From contig QPMI01000339.1 of the NCBI GenBank assembly GCA_004431415.1, forward strand, positions 1-40,259: 40,259 nucleotides of DNA. Reading direction: 5' to 3'. Shown here in pieces: positions 20,774 through 32,700 of the stretch. Source of the DNA: Cyanophora paradoxa CCMP329. Lineage: Eukaryota > Plantae > Glaucophyta. Numbering within the stretch: the stretch's first letter is position 1; every line of letters begins with the position of its first letter. The position numbers and the translations under genes were made by a program. Under the pieces are notes generated by a model. The model was not told the DNA's origin. It worked only from the letters and a program-made list of their open reading frames with translations, and did not search any database.

Positions 20774-21541
20774 CCTGCGGATGTGGACGACACGCCGTCG
20801 TGAGGAGTCAGCTGCAGCTGCCGCTAAAGGCGAGGTCGCGATGCTTCCGGATTCTGCGGGGGAAGCTTCGAGAGCCTGTACCCGCGGCTAGCGCCTGTTG
20901 AGTACCCGGGGCTGAGATTTGCTACATTCATTGCAACTCTGTTGTTTGAAAAAACTTGAAAGGACTGTCTGAGGCTGAATCGACATGAAAACTTGAAGTT
21001 GCGCGTGCCAACTTGCAAGTTGGCACTGCGGCCACTGCCGCCACTGCGGCAAGAAGTTTTCAGATTCTTCTCGTGCTCGTTCTCCTTATCTCTCGCGTTC
21101 TCGCGATCGTGTCCCCTGTCGTGATCCCTGTAGCTAGCTCCTATGCATATATATGTCTTGCAATCTCGATTGCCTACGGCTTCGAATTCTTTGATTTGTG
21201 ATTGCTTTGTCTCTGCAGCTGTTCTGAAGCCTTGAAGCATCAGTCTCGAAAAGCAACTTTATGTCACAGTGTATCATATACGTAGTTTCTAGATCTAGAA
21301 TACTGCTTTCTTTCTGATCATGAACGTTAATATCATACAAGAAATTTGCCGAATTACGTATACTAAGTTACTAAGTTAAATCATGTGATTTCTTTGCATT
21401 GTTAATTATCAGAATCGCCGAGTCGGCATAAAAAAATTTAACGCCTCATCACAGTTTCCGATGACGACTCACATGGTTAGACTACCAACACGCAAATAGA
21501 AGACCACAAACAAGAAATTACAGCACTAATACTGTACGACT

Positions 21542-23528
21542 GGGCCCATTCCTATTCCTGCTCTCGCTGCCCCTCTCGACGCTCCTTTCCCCCCATTCCC
21601 TGCGGTCCCGATCCCTGTGCTCCTTGGCCCTCTGGCCCCGCCTCTGCCTCCTCCCTCCTTACAACTTGCTGTCACGGGGCCTCTTCACTTGCCTGTTCCC
21701 CGGCAGGTCCCTGGTCATCTTGCAGCTCCATACCCCTTCTTACCTCTTCCCCTTGCTCCTCCACTTCCGCCCCTGCGAGGCCCTCTTTCTGACGTCCTCC
21801 TGGTTCAGCCCCCTCTTCAGCCCATCCTTCTTGCCCCCGCTTCTGCAACTGTGACGCTGGGCGGCACTATCTTTTTGCATGCCCCTCCCGCCTCTACGTC
21901 CCCGGTCTCTTTGCGTCTGCATCCACTTTCCCGGATCCGCTTGCAGGCCCCCTCGCCTCCAGAGCTCGCCATCACTTCGGCCTCCCTCGCCTCCGCTCTC
22001 GATTCTCCATACCCTTCGAATAGCCGCCTCCTCTCTCCTCCTCCGCCCTCCCTCCCCCCTCGAGCTCCGGGTCCTCGGCCTCTGCCCGCTTCCGAGTGTT
22101 GGCGAGACTGTCCTCTTTTCGATCTCCCCGTCATTCCGGCTCCCTGCTCCCCTTCGGCGCCTCGGGTCCATCTGCGGGTCCTATCCCGCTTCCTGGCGCT
22201 CGTGAGATTCGCCGCCGGCGCCCTCGTCGGGCCCTTGCGCCCTCGAGCTCGTCTCTCTCTGCACCGCCCATGGCCATGACCTCCGTGTCATCTGCTCCGG
22301 CGCCACCCGACCTTTCTCCTGCTTTGCTGCCCTCTCTTCGGCGCCGGCAGCGATCCCCGTCACCTGCTCGTGGCCCTTCCCCTGCCTCCGACCCTTCCTC
22401 GGCCCCTCCTCGCCTCTTCCGTCTCGTCGGCCCCCGCCGCATTCCCGTCGGCGGATCTCTCGATCGACCCTGGACTCTCCGCCTGCCACTGTCTGCGGGG
22501 TACCTCCGCCGCCGTGTTCGGCGCCGGCTGTCAGTACTTTGCTCGGTAGCTCCCCCGTCGTGGCTCCTCGGGGCCTCTTCGTCGTCGTCGTTCGCTGGGT
22601 TCCGGCTCCGGGTCAGATTTCTCGCCGGGCTTACCTTCTCCTGGCTCTGCTCCTGGGCCCTCAGCTCCGGGACCGGCTTCCCCGATCTCCTTCCGGACTC
22701 GTGGTCGTACCCGTCGCCGGCTTGCCGAGCCTGCGGCTCCTTCTACTTCCCCCCGGCGGTTTGCCGGGCCGGACCCTCCGGCCTTTGTTCTTGATACCGG
22801 ACTACCGCCTTTGTCCTTGTCTTCTGCTTCGCTGGTCGCGATCGTATCCCGCCGGCGCCGGCGTACTTCTTCGTCTTCTAGTTTAGTTCGGTCTGGTTCG
22901 GATTCTGATCGTAGTGTTGATGCTAGAGTTAGTTTCAATACTAGCTATAGTCCTCGTGCTCGACCTGTTGTTCGCCGTCGTTTGCAGTTCGATTGCCCGC
23001 CTCGACCCCGGCCGGCTTTAGTGATTCCTTTGACTGTTCTTTTGCCTGCTCTTGATCCGCCTGCTCCGCCTCCTGTGTCCTCCTCGACCTCGTGCCGTAG
23101 CTCTGCCCTTTCGCATCGTCCTGCTTCGCCTCCGCCTCCATGTCGTCTTGTTGTTCCTCTTACTTGTCTTCTTCCTGTTATTTATCTTTCTCAATTTTGT
23201 CCCCCGCTTCTTAGTGATGTAATTCCTTCTGATATTGATGGTATCTCTAGCTCTGGCTCTTCTTCGTGTCAGTTATCCTCTAGCTCTGGCTCTTCTTCGT
23301 GTCAGTTATCCTCTGTCCCTAGATCTGCTCGATTTATCGTCTCTTCTCGCAATCGATCTGTCTCGAGCTCTGTGTCTTTCCTTTTTTATTGTCGATTTTG
23401 GCTCTTTGTCTTATCTTTCTTCGTGCTCTTGTCTTAGTTCTTTTGCTATTTTGTCTCTATGCCCCCTGGGCAGCCCCCGCAGTGCTGGTGTCTAGAGACT
23501 GTGGCCGGTAATTCACCAAAAAAAAAAA
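21542..23528 (+). mobile_element. Non-LTR-type retroposon insertion (probably 5'-truncated or non-autonomous), poly(A)-tailed, 15-bp TSD
   Basis: TAATACTGTACGACT at 21527-21541 and 23529-23543 flanks a C/T-rich ~2 kb segment ending in A11 (23518-23528). Composition switches abruptly at both edges. No RT motif recognised. Confidence 0.8.
23245..23314 (+). repeat. 33-bp tandem duplication inside the retroposon
   Basis: CTCTAGCTCTGGCTCTTCTTCGTGTCAGTTATC at 23245-23277 and 23278-23310. Confidence 0.9.
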
Positions 23529-23548
23529 TAATACTGTACGACTAATTG

Positions 23549-23583
23549 TTTTTTTTTTGGTGAATTACCGGCCACAGTCTCTA
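23549..23583 (-). mobile_element. Ultra-short inverted copy of the same element's 3' end plus poly(A), with its own ~20-bp TSD
   Basis: 23549-23583 is the exact reverse complement of 23493-23527. It is flanked by TAATACTGTACGACTAATTG at 23529-23548 and 23582-23601. Confidence 0.8.
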
Positions 23584-23766
23584 ATACTGTACGACTAATT
23601 GTTTGAAAATTGAAAATCATTTCAACGTGAACATACTACGTACTACACTTATTCAAGTGAAAGCCGAATTCTGCAAACGCAGCAAGCTCAAGGCCTGGGG
23701 TAACAAATTTCAACCGCTGTGAAGCCCGCTAGTTGCGCGTGCCCCCGCGTGCCCCTCGACGTCGGC

Positions 23767-26700
23767 TCAGCGGCGGGCGGGGGCCGGGGCCCGGGGGAGC
23801 CAGGGGTCCGGGGCGAGGACGCTGACGGTCACGGCGACCGCCTCGTGGTCCACGTGCGCCCCCTCGCCCGCCCCGCCGCCCGCCCCCGCCGAGAGCGCCG
23901 GCGCCCCGGGGGCCGGCGAGAAGGCCGGCCCCTCCACATCGAGGTCGATGGTGACAGCCACAGGCGGCTGCGGCAGCATCTCCGCCAGCGTCTGCCGGAT
24001 CGCCCTGCGCGGCGGCGGCGGCCGGCGTCAGGCGCCGAGCAGCTCGGTGCGAGCGGGTGAAACGGGCGCACAGGAAGGTGGGGCGCTGGGAGGAGTTCTT
24101 GGAGAGGCAGGCACGGGCGAGGGGCCGGAGGGGCTCGGGGACGGCGCCGAAGGATGAGCGGGGGAAGGGCTGCCCCCGGATGAGGTGCTCGGGGCCGATG
24201 GCCGCCCCCCCGTACGGCCGCCGCCCCGTCGCCATCTCCATCAGGATGATCCCGAACGCCCACACCTGCCCGCCCCCACCCCCGCGCTCGAGCCCCGCGG
24301 CAGGGCGGGGCGGGGCGGGGGGCGGGGGCGCACGTCGGCCTTGACGGGGTCGTTCTTCGAGTACGTCTCGGGCGGCAGGTAGACCCTGCGCGCGGGCGCG
24401 CGTCGGCGGGGCGGCGCGGGCCGGCGGGGCGGCGCGCGAGAGGGGAGGCGCACAGCGTGCCCCGCAGCGACTTGGCCGTCTCGACGTGCCTCGAGATGCC
24501 TGCGCGGCCCCTCTCAGCCGGCGACGCTGCCGGTCGCGGCGGAGGCGGCGGGCGCGCACCGAAGTCGCCCACGCGCAGCGTCGGGCCCTTGCCGTCGTCC
24601 TGCGGAGCGTTGAGGAAGGGCGGGCGCGGGGCGGGGCGGGGCGGGCCTTGCGGAAGACAAGGATGTTCTGGGGCTTGAGGTCGCGGTGGGCGACCGGCCG
24701 CGGCAGCTCGTGGTGCAGGTACGCCATCCCTGCGCCCCGGGGGCCCCCGCTCCAGCCGCCCGCCGCGGGGCGCGGGCTCGGGGCGGGGCGGGGGGCACCG
24801 GCGGCGATCTGGAGGGCGAAGGAGGCGAGGAGGTCGGCGGGGAGGAGGCCGCGGCTCGCCAGCAGCGCCGAGAGCGACATCTCCGCCAGCGGCATCACTG
24901 CGCCCCGCCCCTCAGCGCGAGCGCGAGCCGGCGGGCGGCGGGCGGCGGGGCGCGCCGATGTAGATCTTGAAGCGGTCCGTGAAGAGCGCCTCGCAGCGCA
25001 GCACGTTCGGGTGGTCGCACACCTGCCCCCCCGCCCCGTCGGCCCGCGGCCCGCGCCGGGGCGGGCGGGGCGGGGGGGGCACCTTCTGGAGGCGGGCGCC
25101 GTGGATCTCGCGAGCGGCGACCTGCGGGTCGCTGAGCGAGACCTCCTTCACCGCCCGCTTGATCTCCCGGCCCCCGTCCGCCCCCTCCGCCCCCTCCGCC
25201 CCCTCCGCCCCGTCGCCGTCGCGGAGCCAGGTGGCGGCCCACTCCGGCAGCGAGATCGCGTACACTGCCGCCGGCCCGTCAGCGCGGGCGGGCGGGCGGG
25301 GCGGGCGGGCGGGGCGGGGCGGGGCGGGGGGGGGGGGGGGAGGGGGGGCGGGCGGGGCGGGCGGGGGCGGGGCGGAGCGGGCGGGGGGCGGACCGCGGCC
25401 GAAGGCGCCCTCGCCGAGCATGGCGAGGGGCTCGCGGACGCTCCGGAGGAGGGGCTCGGGGACGGGGCGCGGGGGGGCGAGCGTGGCGCGCTGGGCGAGG
25501 GTCAGGTCGTTCGCCTCCTCGCCGAGGACGGCGCTGGAGCCGCCGGCCGCCTCCGCGGGGCGCGCCGCGCCCAGCAGGTCCAGCTCGTCCCCCGTCAGCG
25601 CCGGCAGGTCCAGCTGCCCCCGCCCCCCCGTCAGCCCCGCCCCGCGGCAGGCGGCGGGCAGCGCACCCAGACGCTGGGGAGGGAGCCGTCGGTGTGCGGA
25701 GTGAGCCCCGTGATCGCCTGCAGCAGCGACGCCGACGAGTGGAGCGAGATGAACGGCATCTCCGCCGTCTCCGTCGCCGAGCCGGCCCCGAACGCCCGCG
25801 CCCGCTGCCGCCGCTTCCAGTACACCCCGAAACCCACCCCGATCGCGACCAGGAGAACACCCGCCGCCGCCGCCGCGCCTATCGCCGCGCCCATCGGCGA
25901 GCCGCTGCCGCCGCCGCCCGTCGCGCTGGGGACGGCGGCGGGGGCGATGGCGGGGAGGGTGGGCGTGGGGGGCGGCTGGTCGACGAGGGCGACGGGCTGC
26001 TCGGGGGCGAGGATGGTCTCGCCGCGGGCGAGGGCCTCGGCGGCGGCCCCTTCGGGCTGGACGCCGGCGGCGAAGGTGGCGTTGCCCATGGCGGCGACGG
26101 GCCGGTCGTCGAGGCCCGGCATGAGCAGCTCGCCGGCGCGCGTCAGGTTCGCCATCGCCTCCACGAGGAACGCCGCCGGCAGCTCCACCGCCACCGACTT
26201 CGACGCCAGCACCGCTTTCAGCACCTGCCGCGCCCCGTCGGCGCCCCCCGACGGGAACTGGGCGGGGTGAGACGGCCCGCTCGGTTTGCGCACCTGAACG
26301 TGAAACAGGATGGAGCCGCATCGGACGCCGGCGATTTGCACGCGCCCCTGCGTCCCGGGCGGCCGAGGGTCGGGGGCGGGGAGCGGATCGCGGGGCGGGC
26401 GGGGGGGGACCTCGTCGAGCTCGACGCGGAGCGCTGCGGCGAGGAAGCGGGAGAAGCCCTGCGACACGGAGGCGAGGCTCCGCCCCTGCACGTACGCCTC
26501 GCACTCCCCCCGCGTCGCCGGCACCGACAGCCAGAACTCCACCTCCACCGCCCCCGCCCCCGCCGGCGTCGCGCTCGGCGCCGGTGGCGTCGGCGCGACG
26601 GTCGCCGGTGGCGGCGCCGATGGCGTCGGCGTGGGCGTGGGGGAGGCGGCCGGGGGCGCGTCGGGCGGCGAGGGCGAGGGGGTCGGGGCGGCGGCGGGGG

Positions 26701-29700
26701 CGGCGGGGGTGGCAGCGGCGTCGGCTGCTGCGGGGGCGGGAGGAGCTGGAAGGGGACCGCCGGGAGCTCGCCGTCCGACGGGTAGCCGCAGGCGGCCGCC
26801 GCGAGGGGCACCGTGCCTGCACCGACGTCGGCGGTCGGCGGCGCGAGCCGCGCCACAGCGCGCGCGGCGGCGAGGCGGGGGCGCACCGGCGAGGAGAGCA
26901 GGCGCGACTGCTGCGCGGGCGCGGTCTCGTTCGCCACGCCGAAGAGCATCCTGGCGCGCCGCGGCGCCCCGTCAGGCGGAGCGGGGCGATCGGCGAGCGG
27001 GGCCGGCGCGGGGCGCACGCGGTGCACGAGGAGCAGTCGGCGACGAGGGCGGGCGAGGCGAGGTCGACGCCGAGGCCGCCGACGTGCTCCGCGGAGGCGT
27101 CTGCGCGCCTGCCGCTCAGCCGCGCGGGGCGGGGCCGGGGCGGGGCGGGGGCGGGGCGGGCCGTTGGGGTCGAGGTAGAGGAGCGTCGCGTTCGCGTCGG
27201 CGAGCACGGCGTAGAGGTACCCCTGGCACGCCCCCAGGCGGAAGGCCGCCCCCGACGAGCGCCCCACCGCCCCCGCGAGGCGCGCCGCGCGGCCCCCCGC
27301 CGCCCTCCAGCCCAGCTCGATCGCGCTGGCCGTGCAGAACGCGTCAGCGCGGGTCCTCGTCGCGGGACGGCGGAATGGACGGACTGTATCTCAATCGTGG
27401 CGTCCCCATCTTCCGACACGACCGCCACATACCAGACCCCGTCTGCCCGGGCGGGGCGTTGGACAAGCACACTGGAGGCACGCAGGAAGTGATCGAGCAC
27501 CGATGCGTGCGCATGACGGGTTAGGCCGCCGCGGCAGGTCCACGTTGCCTTGTCGGATGTTGGCGTCAGTGGCCCACAGCCGGCTTGACACGTCGTAGCT
27601 GGCGGGCGCAGGGTGAGTCAGATATGGCGCTAAAAGCCGAGCGGGATCGACGAGCGCTCATGATGCAGACCTGATCAAGTCGTTGCGCGCCGCGCCGCTC
27701 GACCCCTCACCGCCAAACACCTGAAGCGGCATGTTCAACCGCAGCTATTTCGAACGAAACGAGCTCAGAGCACCCAGAGTGTCCGATTGAAAACCGTCAT
27801 GCCTGCGGGTCACACGCAGGTGAGACTTCGATTCCTTATCGCGTCGCGGCGCACGAGCGGCGGGCTTGGGATGGCGCGCACAATGGTTCGCGCGGGCGGC
27901 GGGCATTGCGGGGAGGTCGACGCGCTCGTCCAGCGAGCTCGAGAGCACCCACGCCGCAGCGCTCGCCTCGTCCGTCGTCCCGACGTACCCGCCTGCGCCC
28001 CCCGCTCACGCCCGGCTGGCTGCGGGGCCCCGGCAGGTGCTCACCGGTGCAGAAGACGGCCGCCGCGTTGTCCCACGCGCACTGCACCCCGTAGCCTTCG
28101 AAGGGGCCCCGCGCGGTGGCCTCGGCCCACGTTCCTCTCTCTGCGTGCGCGGCGACGCGGTTGGGCGTGCGCAGCGCCGGGGGGGAGGGGGGGGAAGGGG
28201 GAGGTTGGGGGGGGGGGGGGGGAACTGGGGAGAGGGGCGGGGCGGACCGACGTCGTGAACGAGGATCGCCCCGTCGGCTGCCGCGGCCGCCGAGGCCGGC
28301 CGGCGCCCGAGCAGGGCGACCTTGGCGAAGCCGAGGGAGCTGCGGAAGGCGACGACGGCGGAGAAGGCGGCGCCCGGCGCGACGAGGGCGCTCGACAGCG
28401 ACACCTCGCCGCGCTTCATGAGGAAGACGCCTGCCGGCCGCTCGCGCTCGGACGGGGCCGGCGCGCGCCCGGAAGCAAGGCACGCCCCAGCGCTCACCGG
28501 GGACAGTGGCGGCGGCGGCCGGGGACCAGGGCGAGGCCACTCCAGCCGAGGAGAGCAGCCGCGCCGTGCACGAGGCGGGCCAGCTGCCGGCCTCCGACAC
28601 GGCGACGGGCAGGAGCGCGCGGAGCGGAGGGGAGGCGGCGGTGAAGTTGGCGGCGTACGGGCCGCCGGCCCCCGTGCAGCGCACGTCGGCGAGCTCGACG
28701 CTCTGGCCGGCCGCGAAGCCGACCTCCAGCGCCAGCGCCGAGGCGTTCGCTGCAGCGAGCGACGCGATCGCCGGCGCCCCCGGCGCAGCTGCCGCGACGG
28801 GCGGCGAAAGGTGGAGCCGGTCAGCCCACGCCAAAAGCTGCTGCATCTAGAAAATACCTGGAGGGATCGATGTCGCCGCGCGGGCTGGAGGCGAGAGCAA
28901 ACCCGTCGTCGCTCGCACGGAGAACGCGCAGTCGACAGAGTAGCTTCCACTGTATTGAGGACGCGTCGCAACCAAGAAGCTGAGGCGTCCAGCTGCTCGC
29001 TGCGGCGCGCCAACGGGCACGCTACCAACGTACGTAAACGCTCTGCTGGATTCGCTGCAGCTGTGCTCGAGATAAGAGACGCCCTGCTCCGAGGAGAATG
29101 CAGCGTCCGCCTGGAAGCACGTCGCGTTGATCGCTGTCAGAACGATGTCCCAGGGAGCCCACGGATTTGCTGCTTGCGACAACGGTAGTCAGAGATCGCG
29201 AGATCAAGCGTAAACAGTCCATTCTCAGGAGCAAACCGGCCAAGACGAGGAGCGATGCGCGTGCGCTGGGCGCGCTGGGAAGCCCGGTCACCCCCACGGC
29301 AGCTAGCGCGCAGTCGAGGGTGTAGTTGCCGAGGTACGACGGCGATACAGGCATCAGCACGACGGCGCCGCTCGACACTGTGTCGGAAACCGCCGGGAGG
29401 GCGCGGTACGGCCCGCCGACACCAGAACAACTGACATCGAGCGAAGTCACGTTCTGGCCAGCTCGGAAACTCAACCGAAACTCGGCGAGAGACACATTCA
29501 GAGCCTCGGCCGAGAGAAGTGCCGGCGTATCCGGAGCCGCTGCGAGATACATTCAAACACACAATTCAACTGATCGCAATGGGCTGCACGGAGCGCACCT
29601 GCTGGCACCGTCACCAAGGCGGCCGACGTCCACGGCGACGGCAGACCCGTCGACGCCCGCACAAGCGCCCTGCAGCTCAGCGCAAAGCTGCCGCTGTAAG

Positions 29701-32700
29701 ATGGCACCAGCCCGACGCTGATGTTCACGCCCGACGCCGCAGCGCCCGTCACCGTCGCATTGACCGCGTACGGGCCGCCAGCGCCCGAACACTGCATTTC
29801 GACCGCCGACACGCTTTGACCGGGCGTGAACGATACGCGCACCACTGCTTGCGTGGCGTTCCAAAACACGACGGCCGTCTCAAGCGGCGCCCATGGCGCG
29901 GCTGCAAGATGGAATGAGATCGCAAGACGCAACCAAGTTTAGAGCCTTATTATCAGCCAGAAGGGTGAGCCGCCAGGTGCGCACCAGCTGGAACCGTCAC
30001 CACGGCGGCCGACGTCCACGACGACGGCAGACCCGACAACGCGTGAACGCGTGTTGCGCAGCTCAGTTCGAAGCTGCCGGCGTACGACGGCACGAGACCG
30101 ACGGTGATGTTGATGCCCGATGCCGCAGCATCTGTCGTGGACGCGGTGACTGCATACGGCTCCCCGACACCCGAGCAATAGACTTCCACAGACGTCACGT
30201 TCTGGTCGGGGATGTATGACAGGCGAATGACGGCCTGTGTCGCGTTTGTTGCGCTGACGGAACTCGACAGCGGCGCCCAGGGCACGGCTGCGCAGCCGAG
30301 CACAACGTGCAACAAGGCGAATGTGAGCGGTGCAACTGGGAGGAAGGCACGCCCTCTCGGCAACGCAAAAAGCAGCCGAGCGCACCTGCTGGCACCGTCA
30401 CCAAGGCGGCCGACGTCCACGGCGACGGCAGACCCGTCGACGCCCGCACAAGCGCCCTGCAGCTCAGCGCAAAGCTGCCGCTGTAAGATGGCACCAGCCC
30501 GACGCTGATATTCACGCCCGACGCCGCAGCGCCCGTCACCGTCGCATTGACCGCGTACGGGCCGCCAGCACCCAAGCACTGCATTTCGACCGCCGACACG
30601 CTTTGACCGGGCGTGAACGATACGCGCACCACTGCTTGCGTGGCGTTCCAAAACACGACGGCCGTCTCAAGCGGCGCCCATGGCGCGGCTGCAAGATGGA
30701 ATGAGATCGCAAGACGCAACCAAGATCAGAGCCTTATTATCAGCCAGAAGGGGAAGCAAGGTGCGCACCAGCTGGAACCGTCACCACGGCGGCCGACGTC
30801 CACGACGACGGCAGACCCGACAACGCGTGAACGCGTGTTGCGCAGCTCAGTTCGAAGCTGCCGGCGTACGACGGCACGAGACCGACGGTGATGTTGATGC
30901 CCGATGCTGCAGCATCTGTCGTGGACGCGTTGACTGCATACGGCCCGCCGCTGCCTGAGCTCGAGCAAGTGACTTCCACAGACGTCACGTTCTGGTCGGT
31001 GATGTATGACAGGCGAATGACGGCCTGTGTCGCGTTTGTTGCGCTGACGGAACTCGACAGCGGCGCCCAGGGCACGGCTGCGCAGCCGGGCAGAACGTGC
31101 AACAAGGCAAATGTGAGCGCAGCAACTGGGAGGAAGGCACGCCCTCTCGGCAACGCGGAAACCAGCCGAGCGCACCTGCTGGCACTTTCACTACAGCAGC
31201 CGACGTCCATGCGGATGTCAAGCTTGTCGACGCCCGCACAAGCGCCTTGCAGCTCAGCTCAAAGCTGCCGATGTAAGACGGCACCAACCCGATGCTGACG
31301 TTCACGCTCGATGCAGAAGCATCTGTCGTGGACGCGTTGACTGCATACGGCCCGCCGCTGCCCGAGCAAAAGACTTCCACAGACGTCACGTTCTGGTCGG
31401 TGATGTATGACACGCGAATGACGGCCTGTGTCGCGTTCGTCGCGCTGACGGAACTCGACAGCGGCGCCCAGGGCACGGCTGCGCAGCCGAGCACAACGTG
31501 CAACAAGGCAAATGTGAGAGGTGCAACTGGGAGGAAGGCACGCCGCCTCGACGACGCAAAAAGCAGCTGAGCGCACCTGCTGGCACCGTCACCACGGCGG
31601 CCGACGTCCACGCCGATGGCAGACCCGTCGACGCCCGCACGAGCGCCCTGCAGCTCAGCGCAAAGCTGCCGCTGTAAGATGGCACCAGCCCGACGCTGAT
31701 GTTCACGCCCGACGCCGCAGCGCCCGTCACCGTCGCATTGACCGCGTACGGGCCGCCAGCACCCAAGCACTGCATTTCGACCGCCGACACGCTTTGACCG
31801 GGCGTGAACGATACGCGCACCACTGCTTGCGTGGCGTTCCAAAACACGACGGCCGTCTCAAGCGGCGCCCATGGCGCGGCTGCAAGATGGAATGAGATCG
31901 CAAGACGCAACCAAGTTTAGAGCCTTATTATCAGCCAGAAGGGTGAGCCGCCAGGTGCGCACCAGCTGGAACCGTCACCACGGCGGCCGACGTCCACGAC
32001 GACGGCAGACCCGACAACGCGTGAACGCGTGTTGCGCAGCTCAGTTCGAAGCTACCGGCGTACGACGGCACGAGACCGACGGTGATGTTGATGCCCGATG
32101 CCGCAGCATCTGTCGTGGACGCGGTGACTGCATACGGCTCCCCGACACCCGAGCAATAGACTTCCACAGACGTCACGTTCTGGTCGGGGATGTATGACAG
32201 GCGAATGACGGCCTGTGTCGCGTTTGTTGCGCTGACGGAACTCGACAGCGGCGCCCAGGGCACGGCTGCGAAGCCGGGCAGAACGCGCACCAAGGCGAAT
32301 GTGAGCGAAGCAACTGGGAGGAAGGCACGCCCTCTCGGCAACGCAAAAAGCAGCCGAGCGCACCTGCTGGTACCGTCACCAAGGCGGCCAACGTCAACGG
32401 CGACGGTAAACCCGTCGACGCCCGCACGAGCGCCCTGCAGCTCAGCGCAAAGCTGCTGCTGTACGACGGCACGAGACCGACGCTGATGTTGGCGCCCGAC
32501 GCCGCAGCGCCCGTCACCGTCGCATTGACCGCGTACGGGCCGCCAGCACCCAAGCACTGCATTTCGACCGCCGACACGCTTTGACCGGGCGTGAACGATA
32601 CGCGCACCACTGCTTGCGTGGCGTTCCAAAACACGACGGCCGTCTCAAGCGGCGCCCATGGCGCGGCTGCAAGATGGAATGAGATCGCAAGACGCAACCA

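Noticed and set aside
23493-23583. Hairpin with T-run as a rho-independent terminator or DNA-transposon TIRs
   Set aside because: The context is eukaryotic, and the arms are better explained as two poly(A)-tailed copies of one element end, each with target duplications.
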